In this document: piece by piece, positions 37,956-49,539 of the stretch
Numbering within the stretch: the first letter of the stretch is position 1
Layout: each line of letters opens with the position of its first letter
Origin: Polyangiaceae bacterium
GTDB taxonomy: Bacteria; Myxococcota_A; Polyangia; Polyangiales; Polyangiaceae
Length of the DNA stretch: 55,886 nt
Direction of reading: 5' to 3'
Assembly (NCBI GenBank): GCA_044222475.1
Contig: JBGANF010000042.1
Span: forward strand, 1 to 55,886
The notes under the pieces: generated by a model
What the model was told of the DNA's origin: nothing
The model's input: the letters and a program-made list of their open reading frames with translations, nothing else
Database searches by the model: none
Translations under genes and position numbers: made by a program

Positions 37956-38594
37956 ATGTGGAAGAAGGCGGTCATCATGGGTGCCTCGGCCCTCGTTGCC
38001 TTCGGGGCCCTTCGCTGGCAGCTCGCGGGCCGCTTCGTCGAGGAGCCCGCGTTTGCCGTCGAGCGCGACCTCGGCGCTGGCTCGGAGGTCAGACGCTACG
38101 AGCCCTGCGTCCGCGCCGAGACGATCGTCGAAGCATCCACCAGTGAAGAGGCGGCGAACGCCGGGTTCCGGCGCCTCGCGGGGTACATCTTCGGCAAGAA
38201 CGATCGAAGCGAGAAGATCGCGATGACCGCACCCGTGTCCCAGGTTCGAGCCGGCGAGAAGATCGCCATGACGGCGCCCGTCACCCAAGCCGCTGCGGGT
38301 GACGGCCGTTGGCTCGTCACGTTCACGATGCCTCGCGGCCGAACGATCGCCGATCTCCCCACACCCCAGGACGCGACGGTGTCGCTCCATGCGATCCCGG
38401 CCCGCCGGGTGGCGGTGCTTCGCTACTCGGGCACGACGTCGACCGAGCGCGTCGACGAGAAGATTCGCCAGCTCCGCGATGCGCTGGCGAAGTCCAGCAT
38501 CGACGCGCCAGGCCCTGCCATCTCCGCGCGCTACGATCCGCCCTGGGTGCTGCCCCTCCTCCGGCGAAACGAGATCTGGATCGAGCTCGACTGA
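37956..38594 (+). CDS. SOUL heme-binding protein
   Basis: EVRRY, GFRRLAGYIFGKN, EKIAMTAPV (twice), ARYDPPW, RRNEI. Confidence 0.9.
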   Translation: MWKKAVIMGASALVAFGALRWQLAGRFVEEPAFAVERDLGAGSEVRRYEPCVRAETIVEASTSEEAANAGFRRLAGYIFGKNDRSEKIAMTAPVSQVRAGEKIAMTAPVTQAAAGDGRWLVTFTMPRGRTIADLPTPQDATVSLHAIPARRVAVLRYSGTTSTERVDEKIRQLRDALAKSSIDAPGPAISARYDPPWVLPLLRRNEIWIELD

Positions 38595-38597
38595 GCG

Positions 38598-39422
38598 TTA
38601 CTCGCCCTTGAACTGCGGCGGACGTTTCTCCATGAACGCCGCCATCGCCTCGGCGAGATCGTTCGACGCGAGAAACGCGGCGTTCCACACCGCGACGAAG
38701 CGCTCGCGGTCGCGCACCTGGGAGCGCTCGCCGAAGTCGAGGACCTCCTTGATGCCGGACACGACGAGCGGGGAGTTCGCGGCGATCTCGCGGGCGAGAG
38801 CGCGGGCCCCCTCGAGGAGGGCGGCCTTGTCCGGGAAGACCTCGTTCACGAGACCGACGCGCAGCGCCCGCGCGGCGTCGATGTCCTTGCCGGTGTAGGC
38901 GAGCTCGCGGGTGACGCCTTTGCCGACGATCCGCGGGAGGCGCTGGAGGCTCCCGAGATCGGCGACCATCGCGACGCGCACCTCGCGGACGCTGATCTTG
39001 GCGTCGGCGCTGGCGAGCCGGATGTCGCACGCGGTGGCGACGTCGATCCCACCGCCGATCGAGTGCCCGTGGAGGCAACAGATCACCGGCTTGCGGCACG
39101 CTTCGATGGCGTCGGTCGAGCGCTGGAGCTCGAGGATGAGATCGAAGAACGCCGTGCGTTGCTTCGCGAGGTTCGGCGGAGCGAGGTGCGGCATCAGCAT
39201 CGGTGCGATCGCCTTGAGATCGAGCCCGAACGTCAGGTGCTCCCCGTCGCCGTACACGATGATCGCGCGGACGGAGTCGTCCTTGGAGAGCGCATCGAAC
39301 ACCCCGGGGCACTCGGCGAAGAACTCGGGGCCCATGGCGTTGCCACGACCGGGGCCGCGGAGGACGACCTCGGCGACGTGACCTTCGCGAGTGACGGTGA
39401 TGGCCTTACCCGACGTGCTCAT
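38598..39422 (-). CDS. Crotonase-family enoyl-CoA hydratase/isomerase (dienoyl-CoA isomerase-like)
   Basis: [40 protein letters not shown]. Confidence 0.9.
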   Translation of the reverse strand: MSTSGKAITVTREGHVAEVVLRGPGRGNAMGPEFFAECPGVFDALSKDDSVRAIIVYGDGEHLTFGLDLKAIAPMLMPHLAPPNLAKQRTAFFDLILELQRSTDAIEACRKPVICCLHGHSIGGGIDVATACDIRLASADAKISVREVRVAMVADLGSLQRLPRIVGKGVTRELAYTGKDIDAARALRVGLVNEVFPDKAALLEGARALAREIAANSPLVVSGIKEVLDFGERSQVRDRERFVAVWNAAFLASNDLAEAMAAFMEKRPPQFKGE

Positions 39423-40330
39423 GGCTTCTCCTTGATCCAGCGGACGATGGTGGTGGCGAGGTAATCCCCGCGGTCTTCTTGAACGAAGTGGCCGCCCCAG
39501 AAACGCTCGTGAGGCTGACCTTTGGCCCCTGGTACGTGGGCTCGAAGCGCCGCATCGGCCCGTCCCAATATGGGATCATTCTTGCCGAACAGGGTGATGA
39601 ACGGCTTCTCCCATTTGCCGAGGACGTCCCACGCGGCGCGGTTGGCGGGTACCGCCGGGTCTCGTTCGTCGGTCGGAACGAGGGAGGGGAACACCCTCGC
39701 GCCCGCGGTGTATTCGGACGATGGGAACGGCGCATCGTACGCAGCGCGCACGTCTCGGCCGAGCTTGGTCACGCATCCCGAAGCGACGATGCGGCCGATC
39801 GGAAACACTGGAGAGTACTTGCTGAACGCCCGCCACACGCGGAACGCCGGCGGCACCTTTTGCCGTGCCGTCGGGAGAAAGCCGTTGGCGACGACGATGC
39901 GCGAAAAGCGCTGCGATCGCTCGGCCGCGACGCGAAGCCCAATGAGCGAGCCCCAGTCCTGACAGACCAGAGTCGTGCCCTGCAGACCGAGCTCTTCGAC
40001 GAACGCCGTGATCCACGCGACATGGCGCGCGTACGTGTAGTCCTCCATGCGTGCCGGCTTGTCCGACCGACCGAAGCCGACGAGATCGGGCGCGACCGCG
40101 CGAAAGCCCGCTCGCGCGAGGATCGGGATCATCTTCCGATAGAGGAAGCTCCACGACGGTTCGCCGTGGAGAAGCAGGATCGCGGGGCCGTCGGCCGGAC
40201 CTTCGTCGACGTAGTGGATGCGCAGGGTCGCCGGCGACCCGTCCCCTCGTGGGACCTCCAGGTACCGCGGCGCGAACGGATAGTCCGGAAGGTCCGTGAA
40301 CCGGGCGTCGGGCGTGCGCAGGACTTCCAT
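39419..40330 (-). CDS. Haloalkane dehalogenase
   Basis: [38 protein letters not shown] nucleophile motif, GHFVQED. Confidence 0.9.
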   Translation of the reverse strand: MEVLRTPDARFTDLPDYPFAPRYLEVPRGDGSPATLRIHYVDEGPADGPAILLLHGEPSWSFLYRKMIPILARAGFRAVAPDLVGFGRSDKPARMEDYTYARHVAWITAFVEELGLQGTTLVCQDWGSLIGLRVAAERSQRFSRIVVANGFLPTARQKVPPAFRVWRAFSKYSPVFPIGRIVASGCVTKLGRDVRAAYDAPFPSSEYTAGARVFPSLVPTDERDPAVPANRAAWDVLGKWEKPFITLFGKNDPILGRADAALRAHVPGAKGQPHERFWGGHFVQEDRGDYLATTIVRWIKEKP

Positions 40331-40332
40331 GT

Positions 40333-42270
40333 TCAGAGGTCGAGCTGCCAGCCGAGCTCGACGACGCGAGACGGGGGCAGGCAGAAGTACCCGTCGGCGG
40401 ACGACGCGTTCCGATGGAGAAACGCGAAGATGCTCTCGGTCACGCGACCCATTTGGCCGCCAGCCCCGGCGACGATGTTCTCGCGCCGCAGGAAGTACAC
40501 GATCTCTTCGTCGTCGATGGCGAGCTTCGCCTTCTTGAGCGCCCGGCGGAGCGCGCGCGGCACGTCGTGCTCTTCCATGAAGCCGAAGCGGAGTGTGGCT
40601 TGGAACACGCCGTCACCGATGGACTTCATCGACGAACGCTGGCTCTTCGGGACGCGGTGCTGGCCCTCGGTGACGACGTTCAACACGATGATGCGCTCGT
40701 GCAGGACGTGGAACCGATCGACCATTTGGGTGAGAACCGGAGGAACGATGTCCGCCGTCGCAGCGAGCATCACTGCGGTGCCGGGGAGGGTCGTCCGCGT
40801 GCCCTCGCGGATCGACGCCAGCGCGCTCATGGGCTGAGCTGCTCCGTACAGGATGTCGCGCATGATGCGACGACCACGCGCCCACAGCAGCATCAAGGCG
40901 GTGAGGACGACCCCGAGGAGCGCGGGGAACCAGCCGCCATCGACGAACTTCGCGGCGTTCGTCACGAAGAACGGGATGTCGAAGGCGAGGAAGAACGCGA
41001 CGAGGGCGAGCGTCTGCCAGCGGGGCCACTTCAAGACGGTGATCGCGACGAGGCCGAAGACGATCGAGGTGATGCCCATCGTTCCGGTGACCGCGAGGCC
41101 GTAGGCCCCCGCGAGCTTGGACGAGGAACCGAACGAGACGACGACGATGACGCACGCCACCGCGAGGAACCAGTTCACCTGCGGCATGTAGATCTGGCCC
41201 TCGGCCGACTCCGAGGTGTGCTTCACCGCCAGGCGCGGGAGGAACCCGAGCTGAATCGCCTGCCGGGTGAGCGAGTACGCTCCGGAGATCAACGCTTGCG
41301 AGGCGATCACCGTGGCGGCGCTCGAGAGGATCACGAGCGGGAACGTGAGCGCCGCGGGGGCGAGCCGGAAGAACGGGTTCTCCATCGCCTCGGGGTGGGC
41401 GAGCACGAGCGCGCCCTGCCCGAAGTAGCAGAGGGTCAACGAAGGCCACACCACCGCGAGCCATCCGATGCGAATCGGTGAACGACCGAAGTGGCCCATG
41501 TCGGCGTAGAGCGCTTCGCCACCGGTGACGACGAGGACGACGGACGCCAAGATCGACATGCCGCGGAAGCCGTGCTCGTGGAAGTAGCCGACGGCGTACG
41601 TCGGCGAGAGCGCCGCGAACACCGACGGGTGCTGGGCGACGTTGATGGCGCCGAGGACCGCGAGCGTGCCGAACCAGGCCACCATGATGGGGCCGAAGAG
41701 CTTGCCCACCGTGTCGGTCCCGCGGCTCTGGATCGCGAAGAGGCCGATCAGGATGGCGCACGTGATCTGAACGCAATAGGGAGCGAGCTCGGGCCTCGCG
41801 TCTTTCAACCCCTCGACCGCGGAGAGGACCGAGATGGCCGGCGTGATCACGCCGTCGCCGTAGAGAAGCGCCGCTCCGATGATGACCAGGATGGGCACCC
41901 AGCCGAACGTCGACGCACCGGTCGGGCGATAGCGGCTCGGCGTCATCCCGAGGAGCGCGAAGATGCCGCCTTCGCCGCGGTAGTCCGCGCGCATGACGAC
42001 CACGAGGTACTTGAGCGTGACGACCAGGGTGAGCGACCAGAAGAGCAGGCTCATCAAACCGAGCACGTCGCTGGGGGTCGCCGACTTCTCGGTGTGCTCC
42101 TGGATCGAGTGGAGGCACTCCTTGAAGGCGTAGAGCGGGCTCGTACCGATGTCGCCGAAGACGATCCCGATGGCGCCGAGCACGAGCGGCGCGAGCGGTC
42201 CGTGACCGCCGTGACCGTGCCCGTGCGGCGCGGGCGCTTCGCTCGATTGCTTCGTCTTCTTGGCCTTCAC
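40333..42270 (-). CDS. kup: KUP/HAK/KT potassium transporter
   Basis: [57 protein letters not shown]. Confidence 0.96.
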   Translation of the reverse strand: MKAKKTKQSSEAPAPHGHGHGGHGPLAPLVLGAIGIVFGDIGTSPLYAFKECLHSIQEHTEKSATPSDVLGLMSLLFWSLTLVVTLKYLVVVMRADYRGEGGIFALLGMTPSRYRPTGASTFGWVPILVIIGAALLYGDGVITPAISVLSAVEGLKDARPELAPYCVQITCAILIGLFAIQSRGTDTVGKLFGPIMVAWFGTLAVLGAINVAQHPSVFAALSPTYAVGYFHEHGFRGMSILASVVLVVTGGEALYADMGHFGRSPIRIGWLAVVWPSLTLCYFGQGALVLAHPEAMENPFFRLAPAALTFPLVILSSAATVIASQALISGAYSLTRQAIQLGFLPRLAVKHTSESAEGQIYMPQVNWFLAVACVIVVVSFGSSSKLAGAYGLAVTGTMGITSIVFGLVAITVLKWPRWQTLALVAFFLAFDIPFFVTNAAKFVDGGWFPALLGVVLTALMLLWARGRRIMRDILYGAAQPMSALASIREGTRTTLPGTAVMLAATADIVPPVLTQMVDRFHVLHERIIVLNVVTEGQHRVPKSQRSSMKSIGDGVFQATLRFGFMEEHDVPRALRRALKKAKLAIDDEEIVYFLRRENIVAGAGGQMGRVTESIFAFLHRNASSADGYFCLPPSRVVELGWQLDL

Positions 42271-43190
42271 GTGCTCTCGCCGTCGTTGCCTTTGGCCTTC
42301 ACGCTGAGCTCGGGTGGCTTCATCGCCACTCGCGCTCCCGCGGGCACGCTCTTCGTGAGGAACACGCCACCGCCGACGATCGCCCCGGCGCCGAGCACGG
42401 TGTCACCCCCGAGCACGGTCGCGTTGGCGTAGACCGTGACGCCGTCTTCGGCCGTCGGGTGGCGCTTCGTGTTTCGGATGACGCGGCCCCGCTCGTCCCG
42501 CGGGTGCGAGATCGCGCCGAGCGTCACGCCTTGGTAGAGCTTGACGTTCGTACCAATGTGGGACGTTTCACCGACGACGACGCCGGTCGCGTGGTCGATG
42601 AAGAACCGCGGGCCAATCCGCGCACCGGGGTGCAGATCGCACCCCGTCACCGAGTGCGCCCACTCGGTCATCATTCTGGGGATGAGCGGGAGCCCCATCT
42701 CGTGAAGCTCGTGGGCGATGCGGTAGACCGTGACCGCCAGCATGCCGGGATAGGCGAGGATGACCTCGTCGAGGTTGGTCGCCGCCGGATCGCCGTCGTA
42801 CGCCGCCTGGACGTCCTCCAGCAGTACGCCGCGGAGCTTTGGGAGGCGCGACATGAAGAGATCGGTCACTCGCTCGGCGTGGACGCCGCAGTCGCCCACG
42901 TCGAGAGTGCCGTCGAGCTCGGCCGCGTAGCAGAGCGCGCTCTCGACTTGGGCGCGGAGCGACTTGCGCACGCGCCCGAGGAGCGCGGTGACGTGGCCTT
43001 CGATCTCGTCCTGGGTCAGGTCCTGGCGACCGAAATAGCCGGGAAAGAACACCTGGAGAAGCAGCTGGACGATCTCGCGGGTCTCGTCTCGTGACGGGAG
43101 GAAGCGCCGCCCGATGAGATGCCCACGCGGATCCTGGCGGTAGCTCTCGAGCATCGCGAGCGCCGCCTTCTGCAGCGCGTCTTCGCTCAC
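42267..43190 (-). CDS. cysE: Serine O-acetyltransferase
   Basis: [47 protein letters not shown]. Confidence 0.92.
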   Translation of the reverse strand: MSEDALQKAALAMLESYRQDPRGHLIGRRFLPSRDETREIVQLLLQVFFPGYFGRQDLTQDEIEGHVTALLGRVRKSLRAQVESALCYAAELDGTLDVGDCGVHAERVTDLFMSRLPKLRGVLLEDVQAAYDGDPAATNLDEVILAYPGMLAVTVYRIAHELHEMGLPLIPRMMTEWAHSVTGCDLHPGARIGPRFFIDHATGVVVGETSHIGTNVKLYQGVTLGAISHPRDERGRVIRNTKRHPTAEDGVTVYANATVLGGDTVLGAGAIVGGGVFLTKSVPAGARVAMKPPELSVKAKGNDGEST

Positions 43191-44191
43191 GGCTTCACCG
43201 GCACGGGCGCCTGCGCTTGCATCGTCTCGACCTCGGCGAACATGCCTTCGAACAGAGCGCCGGTCAGGTATCGCTCGCCTGCGTCGGGGAGTACGGTGAC
43301 GATCGTCTTTCCGGCGAACGCCGGGTCGTTCGCGATGCGGACCGCCACCGCCATCGCGGCGCCGCAGGAGACTCCGCAGAGGATCCCCTCTTCGCGCGCG
43401 AGCCGCCGCGCCATGTCGATCGCGTCTTCGCTCGACACCTGCTCGATCCGATCGACGAGCGACATGTCGAGGTTCTTCGGAACGAACCCGGCTCCTATGC
43501 CCTGGATCTTGTGCGGAGACGGGGTCAGCTCCTTCCCTGCCCTCGTCTGAGTGATCACCGGCGACGTCGTCGGCTCGACGGCGACCGTGAGGACGTTCTT
43601 CTTCTTGCCGTTCTTGAAGAAGCGCGAAACGCCGGTGATGGTCCCGCCAGTGCCGACGCCGCAGACGAGCACGTCGACCGCACCGTCGGTGTCTTCCCAG
43701 ATCTCGGGGCCGGTCGTGGTCTCGTGGATCGCGGGGTTCGCCGGGTTCTCGAACTGGCCCATCGGGACGTACTTCGCCGGATCTTGAGCGACGATCTCGT
43801 TCGCCTTCGCGACGGCGCCCTTCATCCCGAGCGAGCCCGGAGTGAGGACGATCTTCGCGCCGAACGCGACGAGCACCTTGCGCCGCTCCATGCTCATCGT
43901 GTCCGGCATGGTGAGCACGCAGTCGTAGCCGCGTGATGCAGCGGCGAACGCGAGCGCGATCCCGGTGTTGCCGCTCGTCGCTTCGACGATGGTCTTGCCT
44001 GGGCCGAGGACGCCGCGCTTCTCGGCGTCCCACACCATCGACGCCCCGATGCGACACTTCACCGAGTAGGCAGGGTTCCGCCCTTCCACCTTCGCGAGGA
44101 TCGTCGCGCCGGCCCCCTTGGTGATGCGGTTGATTCGGACGAGCGGAGTTCGTCCGATGCTCTTCGTGTTGTCTTCGTAGATGCGGGCCAT
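43187..44191 (-). CDS. cysK: Cysteine synthase A
   Basis: [18 protein letters not shown] (PLP Lys), [31 protein letters not shown]. Confidence 0.96.
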   Translation of the reverse strand: MARIYEDNTKSIGRTPLVRINRITKGAGATILAKVEGRNPAYSVKCRIGASMVWDAEKRGVLGPGKTIVEATSGNTGIALAFAAASRGYDCVLTMPDTMSMERRKVLVAFGAKIVLTPGSLGMKGAVAKANEIVAQDPAKYVPMGQFENPANPAIHETTTGPEIWEDTDGAVDVLVCGVGTGGTITGVSRFFKNGKKKNVLTVAVEPTTSPVITQTRAGKELTPSPHKIQGIGAGFVPKNLDMSLVDRIEQVSSEDAIDMARRLAREEGILCGVSCGAAMAVAVRIANDPAFAGKTIVTVLPDAGERYLTGALFEGMFAEVETMQAQAPVPVKP

Positions 44192-44219
44192 GGCTCTCGG
44201 CGGACGAGCCTAGCCGAAA

Positions 44220-45635
44220 TCAGCGCCCGAGGATCCACCCGCCTGGGTCGAGCCGCACGGTCACGCCTTCGGGCACCCACACATTCGGGCGCCAGGTCGC
44301 GCCCGTCTGCGGCGGCATCGACCAGCGGCCGGGGACCCAGGTCCACGAGCCGGTCCACGCCCAGTAGCCCGCGACCCACACCGAGCCGGCAACCGGCGCG
44401 CTGCCGTGCGTCTCGGCCTGCAGTGGAGGCGGCGCCACCGGCGCGGTGGGCGTGCGCTTCTGCGCGCGATCGATCTCCGGCACCTTCCAACCGCCCGATA
44501 GCCACACCCACTCGAAGCCGCTCCATCGCCAGCTCCCCGAGACCCACTCCGCGTGCTCGCTGGGCTGCGGCGTCTTGACCTCGATCTGCGGCGGCGGCGG
44601 CGGCCCTTTCGGCTCCTGCGGCGGCGGCGGCGCGGACACGTTGCCCCCAGTGTGCGAGCTTCCTCCGCCGCCCGAGCTCCACGAGGTGATCGGCTGGCCG
44701 CCGGAGCTCCCGCCGCCCCCGCCGCCCGGCCGCTCGTTGTCGTTGTGCCACCCGATCAATCGGCACTTGTCGTCGATCGCGTTCTTCAGCGCGAGCGCGT
44801 TGCACCGCGCGTCCTCTTCGGCCTCGTTGACGTCGTGCCAGCCGGCCTTCTTGCACTTTGCATCGAGTTGGTTCTTCAGCGCGAGGCCGCGACACCGCGT
44901 GTCCTCGGCGACCCGCGCCTTCTCCTCGGCCTCTCGCTCTTCCTTCGCCTCGCGCTCTTTCTTCTCGCGGTCGGCCTTCTGCTCGTTGAGGTGGATGACC
45001 CACTTCTCGTCACCGCACGACGGCTCGAAGATCGCCTGGCCGATCACGAACTTCACGTTCTCGAGATCGAGCACGTCCTTCGACCAGAACACGATCTTGA
45101 TGTCGACGCCGGCCTTGAGCACCAGATCGGACTTCGCCCAGTCGTCGACCTGCAACCGCCACCGAAGGAGGTTGTCCCATTGAGCGGTGCCCCCGCCGTT
45201 CACCTCGATCAACGTCGGCGGTGGCCCTCCGCTCGTCGTCACCGGGGGCACGTTCGGCGTGTACCCACCCGGTACGCCTCCTCCACCGCCGCCGGTGGCG
45301 CCGCCGCCAGCGGTCGCGATCCCGTCCTGCGGGCCGAGCACGCAGGCCTGGTTGTTCGTCGTGCCGCTCCCGACGTCCTCCGAGGCCACCTTCTTGCCGT
45401 CGATGGTGATCTCGACGTGCCCCGAGACCGGCTTTCCGCCCGCCTGGTAGAGGGCGACGCTCTCACCCCACTTGTGACCGATCGCCGTCGCGTGAAACTC
45501 GTAGGGTCCTTGCCCGCAACGAACCGGCGAGGCGTACGCGTGCGACGTGGGGACGGCTCTGGAGGTGAGGTAGGGCCCGCAGCCGACGGCCGAGGACGCG
45601 AGGAGAAGGGCCCCCGCAAACCGAAGAAAGTGCAT
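44220..45635 (-). CDS. Lipoprotein with YXWGXW-type Trp-rich repeats
   Basis: Lipobox AVGC; WVSGSWRW, WVWLSGGW, WVAGYWAW, WTWVPGRW. Confidence 0.75.
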   Translation of the reverse strand: MHFLRFAGALLLASSAVGCGPYLTSRAVPTSHAYASPVRCGQGPYEFHATAIGHKWGESVALYQAGGKPVSGHVEITIDGKKVASEDVGSGTTNNQACVLGPQDGIATAGGGATGGGGGGVPGGYTPNVPPVTTSGGPPPTLIEVNGGGTAQWDNLLRWRLQVDDWAKSDLVLKAGVDIKIVFWSKDVLDLENVKFVIGQAIFEPSCGDEKWVIHLNEQKADREKKEREAKEEREAEEKARVAEDTRCRGLALKNQLDAKCKKAGWHDVNEAEEDARCNALALKNAIDDKCRLIGWHNDNERPGGGGGGSSGGQPITSWSSGGGGSSHTGGNVSAPPPPQEPKGPPPPPQIEVKTPQPSEHAEWVSGSWRWSGFEWVWLSGGWKVPEIDRAQKRTPTAPVAPPPLQAETHGSAPVAGSVWVAGYWAWTGSWTWVPGRWSMPPQTGATWRPNVWVPEGVTVRLDPGGWILGR

Positions 45636-45857
45636 CGAACTACCGGATGGACGTGGCATCGCGGCCCGATATTCGAGCCGTCAACACCGTGCCCGGTTGA
45701 ATCGACCCCGCAGCTCGACCCTGCGCCGAAGCCGAGCACGGTAGGGGGACGAGCCGGCGAGCCCGGCGCATATCGACTGGAAGTCGAGAGAGTCGAAGAA
45801 TCGTCGGTCGCGCGCTCGAGAGAAAGGGCGGCGGCCCCGGTGCATGTGACTTCTGCC

Positions 45858-46640
45858 TTAGCGGCCTTGGAAGGCCGGCTTCCGCTTTTCGGCGAACGCC
45901 CGCAGGGCCTCCCGCCGGTCTTCGCTGACCAACGTCTTGTCGTAGGCCACCTTCTCGAGCTCGAGGCCCTGAGTGAGGCTGCAATCGAACGACCAATCGA
46001 TGGCTTCGAGGGCCGCGGCCTGGGCGATCGGAGCACCGCTCGCGATGGGCGCGAGCCACTCGACCGCATCGTCGACGATGTTCACGCCCGCCGGCGTGAT
46101 GCGGTTCACTAGACCCCACGCGAGCGCGACGTCCGCGGTGATCGGTCGTCCCAAGAGGATCATCTCCTTCGCTCGCGCCTCACCGACGACGCGCGGGAGG
46201 CGCTGGGTGCCACCCGCGCCGGGGATGATGCCGAGCGTCGTCTCGGGGAGACCGAGCCGAGCCGAAGGAGACGCGATGCGCAGATCGCAGATGAGCGCGA
46301 GCTCGAGGCCGCCACCGAAGGCGACCCCGTTGATCGCTGCGACGACCGGCTTGCTCGATCGATCGAGAGGCCCGAGCTCGGCGCGGTAGAGCTCGACCTG
46401 CACGCGCACGTCGTTCTCGGTCATGCCTTGCCGCTCTTTGAGGTCGGCGCCGGCGCAGAAGGCCTTTTCTCCTGCGCCCGTGATCACGATGGCGCGGATG
46501 GACGCGTTCGCCTGGGCTTCGCGCGCGAGTCGGCCGAGGGCGAAGAGCGTTTCGCGGGAGAGGCTGTTCGAGCGATCGGGGCGGTCGATCGTCCAGACGG
46601 AGATCGTCCCTCTCTGATCGACTCGGATGGGATCGGACAT
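45858..46640 (-). CDS. Enoyl-CoA hydratase (methylglutaconyl-CoA hydratase-like)
   Basis: AFCAGADLKER, AFGGGLELAL, GLPE, IIPGAGGTQRLPR. Confidence 0.92.
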   Translation of the reverse strand: MSDPIRVDQRGTISVWTIDRPDRSNSLSRETLFALGRLAREAQANASIRAIVITGAGEKAFCAGADLKERQGMTENDVRVQVELYRAELGPLDRSSKPVVAAINGVAFGGGLELALICDLRIASPSARLGLPETTLGIIPGAGGTQRLPRVVGEARAKEMILLGRPITADVALAWGLVNRITPAGVNIVDDAVEWLAPIASGAPIAQAAALEAIDWSFDCSLTQGLELEKVAYDKTLVSEDRREALRAFAEKRKPAFQGR

Positions 46641-46732
46641 GGGCCCACCGTAGCGAGAACGGGCGGTCGTGAGAAGAGAGCGCAAGCGCGGGCTGGCCTC
46701 GACGACCGCGCGGCAGTAAGAGATCCGATTCG

Positions 46733-47896
46733 ATGGGCGAGACGTACACGGTGCGAGAGGTCGGCTCGGTCGGGGAGCTCCACGCGCTCCGGAACGAGTG
46801 GCGTCGCATCGAGGACGCCCAGCCGTTGCCGCTCCCGTTCTTCAGTTGGGAGTGGTCGATCGCCTGGTGGGCGCACTTCCCCGAGCGCGGGTTCAGGGTG
46901 CGCGACCGCATGTTCGTCCACACCGTCCGTGATCGCGCGGGCGCCCTCGTCGCGGTCGCGCCGCTCATGATCACGGACCGGCCCGGTCGCGGCCCCGTTC
47001 GCACTCGCTTCCTCCAGTTCTTCGGTGCGGACCCCAACGTGACCGAGACGCGCGGCGTCGCATGCATGCCCGAGCACGACGACGGCGCGCACCGCGCGTT
47101 GATCGACCACCTCGGCCGTAGCCGCGCGTGGGATTGGATGCTCTGGGGCGGGCTTCACGCCGACCGCGGTGGAGCACGCGCAGTCGGCGAGCACGCGACC
47201 GAGTGGACCGGCGACGTCCCGTGTTTCTACCTGGAGCTCCCGCCCACGTGGGACGAGCTTCGATCGGGGCTTTCCCGCAACATCAAGGAGTCGCTGCGCA
47301 AGTGCTACAACTCGCTGAAGCGTGACGGTCACGAGTTCACCGTCGACGTCGCGCGCGCGCGCGACGCGATCGGACCGGCGGTCGGCCATTTCCTTCGGCT
47401 CCACCGCATGCGGGCGGACGTCGGCGGCACGGTCACCCACCGCAACGTCTTCGACTCCGCGCCCGCCGAGGCGTTCCTTCGCGACGTGTGTTCCCGCTTC
47501 GCCCAGCGCGACGCGACACGCATCGTCCTCCTGAAAATCGGCGGCGAGGTCGTCGCCGGCCGCATCGGCTTCGTGCTGGGGAAGACGCTGTACCTCTACT
47601 ACTCGGGCTACGATCCCGCGTGGGGCAAGTACAGCGTCATGACCACCACGGTGGCCGAGGCGATCAAGTACGCGATCGGTGAGAAGCTCTCGATCGTGAA
47701 CCTTTCGACCGGGCGCGACGTCTCGAAGACGCGGTGGAGCCCCAAGGAGGTCTCCTTCCGGAGCGCCGTGCAGGTCGCGCCGTCCCTGCGAGGCAGGCTC
47801 GCATACCGGGTGCATCGTCAGGCGCAGGAGCTGAGGAACGACCCGCGCGCGCGGGCGTTCATCGAGCGCTTCCTCGGGCGCGCTCGAAACGCGTGA
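46733..47896 (+). CDS. GNAT family acetyltransferase (CelD/BcsL-like)
   Basis: PFFSWEW..WW, LVAVAPL, YLELP..W, LYLYYSGYDP.W.KYS, K..W. Confidence 0.85.
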   Translation: MGETYTVREVGSVGELHALRNEWRRIEDAQPLPLPFFSWEWSIAWWAHFPERGFRVRDRMFVHTVRDRAGALVAVAPLMITDRPGRGPVRTRFLQFFGADPNVTETRGVACMPEHDDGAHRALIDHLGRSRAWDWMLWGGLHADRGGARAVGEHATEWTGDVPCFYLELPPTWDELRSGLSRNIKESLRKCYNSLKRDGHEFTVDVARARDAIGPAVGHFLRLHRMRADVGGTVTHRNVFDSAPAEAFLRDVCSRFAQRDATRIVLLKIGGEVVAGRIGFVLGKTLYLYYSGYDPAWGKYSVMTTTVAEAIKYAIGEKLSIVNLSTGRDVSKTRWSPKEVSFRSAVQVAPSLRGRLAYRVHRQAQELRNDPRARAFIERFLGRARNA

Positions 47897-47923
47897 CGCG
47901 TCCTCCGACGAAGCGCTGACGCG

Positions 47924-49444
47924 TCAGTGCTTCGGCGGCGGCTTGCCCGCGTCGCGCTTGCCGGCATCGCGCCCCGCGTCGCGGCCCGCATCGCGGCCCG
48001 CATCACGGCCCGCATCACGGCCCGCGTCCTTCTTCCCGGCGTCCTTGCCGCCGTCGGTCACCGGAGGCGGCGCCACGCTGGCGTCGGGCGGCTCGACTGC
48101 GACGGCGCCCGTCTCGGGCTCGCTCATCGCGTCGACCGCGGTCGCGTCCTCTTCTTCGATCGCGTGGGCGTCGACCGCCGACGACACCGGCACCGCGGCG
48201 TCGGGGATCACGACCGGCGGCTTCGACGAAAACAGCTTCGCGCCTGCTGCTACCAACCCGACGAGGAGAAGCACGCCTGCACCGATGGCGATGATCAACC
48301 GCGTCGTATTGCCCGCCGGCTTCAGCGGGGTCGTCGCCAGCGGCGACTGCATCGGCGCCGCCTCGCGAACGGCCCACGGCGACGAGGGCGGCGGCTTGGG
48401 GACCTCGGGCCGAGAGGGCGCGGCCGGAGGCGGCTCGCCCGGCGCGACCTCGGCGACGGGAGGCACCTCGGACTGGGTCGCGAGCTCGAGCGCTGGCGGC
48501 GGTGCGAGCGAGTCGATCAGCTTCGGAAGCGGAGCCTCGGGCGCGTTCGGGTCGAACACGTTCTCGAGCGGCTCGGTCGCCATCGGGCCGGTGGGAGGCT
48601 CTTTCGGGACCTCGATCTTCCGCCCCGACGGAGTCGCCGTTGCTGGAGCGGGCGTGGGCGGAGCGGGCGTGGCCGGCATCGGCTCGGTCTTCGCGAGGTG
48701 CAGCGGCACCGTCGCCGTGAGCGGTGCGGTCGGCGTCGGCGGCTTGGCAGGCGGCGGGGGAGTCGGCTCCGGCGGCGGCGTCGGCTCGGGCGGCGGCGGT
48801 GCTGCCGCGGCAGGCTCGGGCGGCGGCGGCGGCTCGTCCGGCCAGTCGTCGACGTCCTCGGGCTCGGCGGCGACCGGCTTCGGGGGTGGCGTGGGCTCCT
48901 TCGGGGGAGGCTCGACCACGGGAGGCGGCGGCGTGGGCTCCTTCGCAGCCTCCTGGGGCGCGGGCGGCATCGCCGGGATCGCCGTCTCCGTCGTCCACGA
49001 CAGCTCGCGGTCCCTGGGCTTCTCCGCGATCTTCGCCGCGGCTTCCTCGGCCTTCTTCTTGAGGGCCGCTTCGATCACCGCCGGCGCTGGCGGCGCGACG
49101 CCCATCATCGTCCCCTTGCGCGGCGGAGCTCCCGACAGGCGGCCGATGATCTCGAGCGCGTCCGCGCCGATCTCCACGAAGGAGACGCCCATGCCGACCG
49201 GTGTCTTCGGGGTTCCGGTCGTGCGTACCCACACGACCTTCGCCTTCGCTTTGACGGTCGTCCCACTCGGGAAGCGGATCTCGAGGTCGATGACCTCGCC
49301 TTCCGGAAGCGGCGTGGGGGTCGTGATGAAACAGCCGCCGCGGCTGATGTCACGCGTCGTGACCGACGTCTTGCCCGTCGGCTCGACGTACGTCGCCGTC
49401 GCCGAGATGTTCTTCCGCTGGAACGCGCGCCGCTCGGGGGTCAT
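47924..49444 (-). CDS. PilZ-domain protein with Pro-rich linker, TM helix and low-complexity C-terminus
   Basis: ERRAFQR (RxxxR) and DISRGG (DxSxxG); GMGVSF; TM IIAIGAGVLLLVGLV. Confidence 0.85.
   Translation of the reverse strand: MTPERRAFQRKNISATATYVEPTGKTSVTTRDISRGGCFITTPTPLPEGEVIDLEIRFPSGTTVKAKAKVVWVRTTGTPKTPVGMGVSFVEIGADALEIIGRLSGAPPRKGTMMGVAPPAPAVIEAALKKKAEEAAAKIAEKPRDRELSWTTETAIPAMPPAPQEAAKEPTPPPPVVEPPPKEPTPPPKPVAAEPEDVDDWPDEPPPPPEPAAAAPPPPEPTPPPEPTPPPPAKPPTPTAPLTATVPLHLAKTEPMPATPAPPTPAPATATPSGRKIEVPKEPPTGPMATEPLENVFDPNAPEAPLPKLIDSLAPPPALELATQSEVPPVAEVAPGEPPPAAPSRPEVPKPPPSSPWAVREAAPMQSPLATTPLKPAGNTTRLIIAIGAGVLLLVGLVAAGAKLFSSKPPVVIPDAAVPVSSAVDAHAIEEEDATAVDAMSEPETGAVAVEPPDASVAPPPVTDGGKDAGKKDAGRDAGRDAGRDAGRDAGRDAGKRDAGKPPPKH
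47945..48050 (-). repeat. 12-nt coding tandem repeat encoding (DAGR)n
   Basis: KDAGKKDAGRDAGRDAGRDAGRDAGRDAGKRDAGK in the PilZ protein tail. Confidence 0.85.
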
Positions 49445-49539
49445 CGCCGGAGACGAAGTGTAGTCCGGCGAGGGCGCTTACGTCAGCATTTCGCTGGGTT
49501 ATGCTCGATCGGTGAACTTACGGCGCTGGGACGAGTGAG

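Noticed and set aside
38210..38285. Duplicated EKIAMTAPV motif
   Set aside because: Common feature of SOUL heme-binding proteins, not a novelty
42267..44057. 596-aa ORF suggesting a CysK-CysE fusion
   Set aside because: The upstream part is out of frame with cysK; cysE starts at GTG 43190 overlapping the cysK stop
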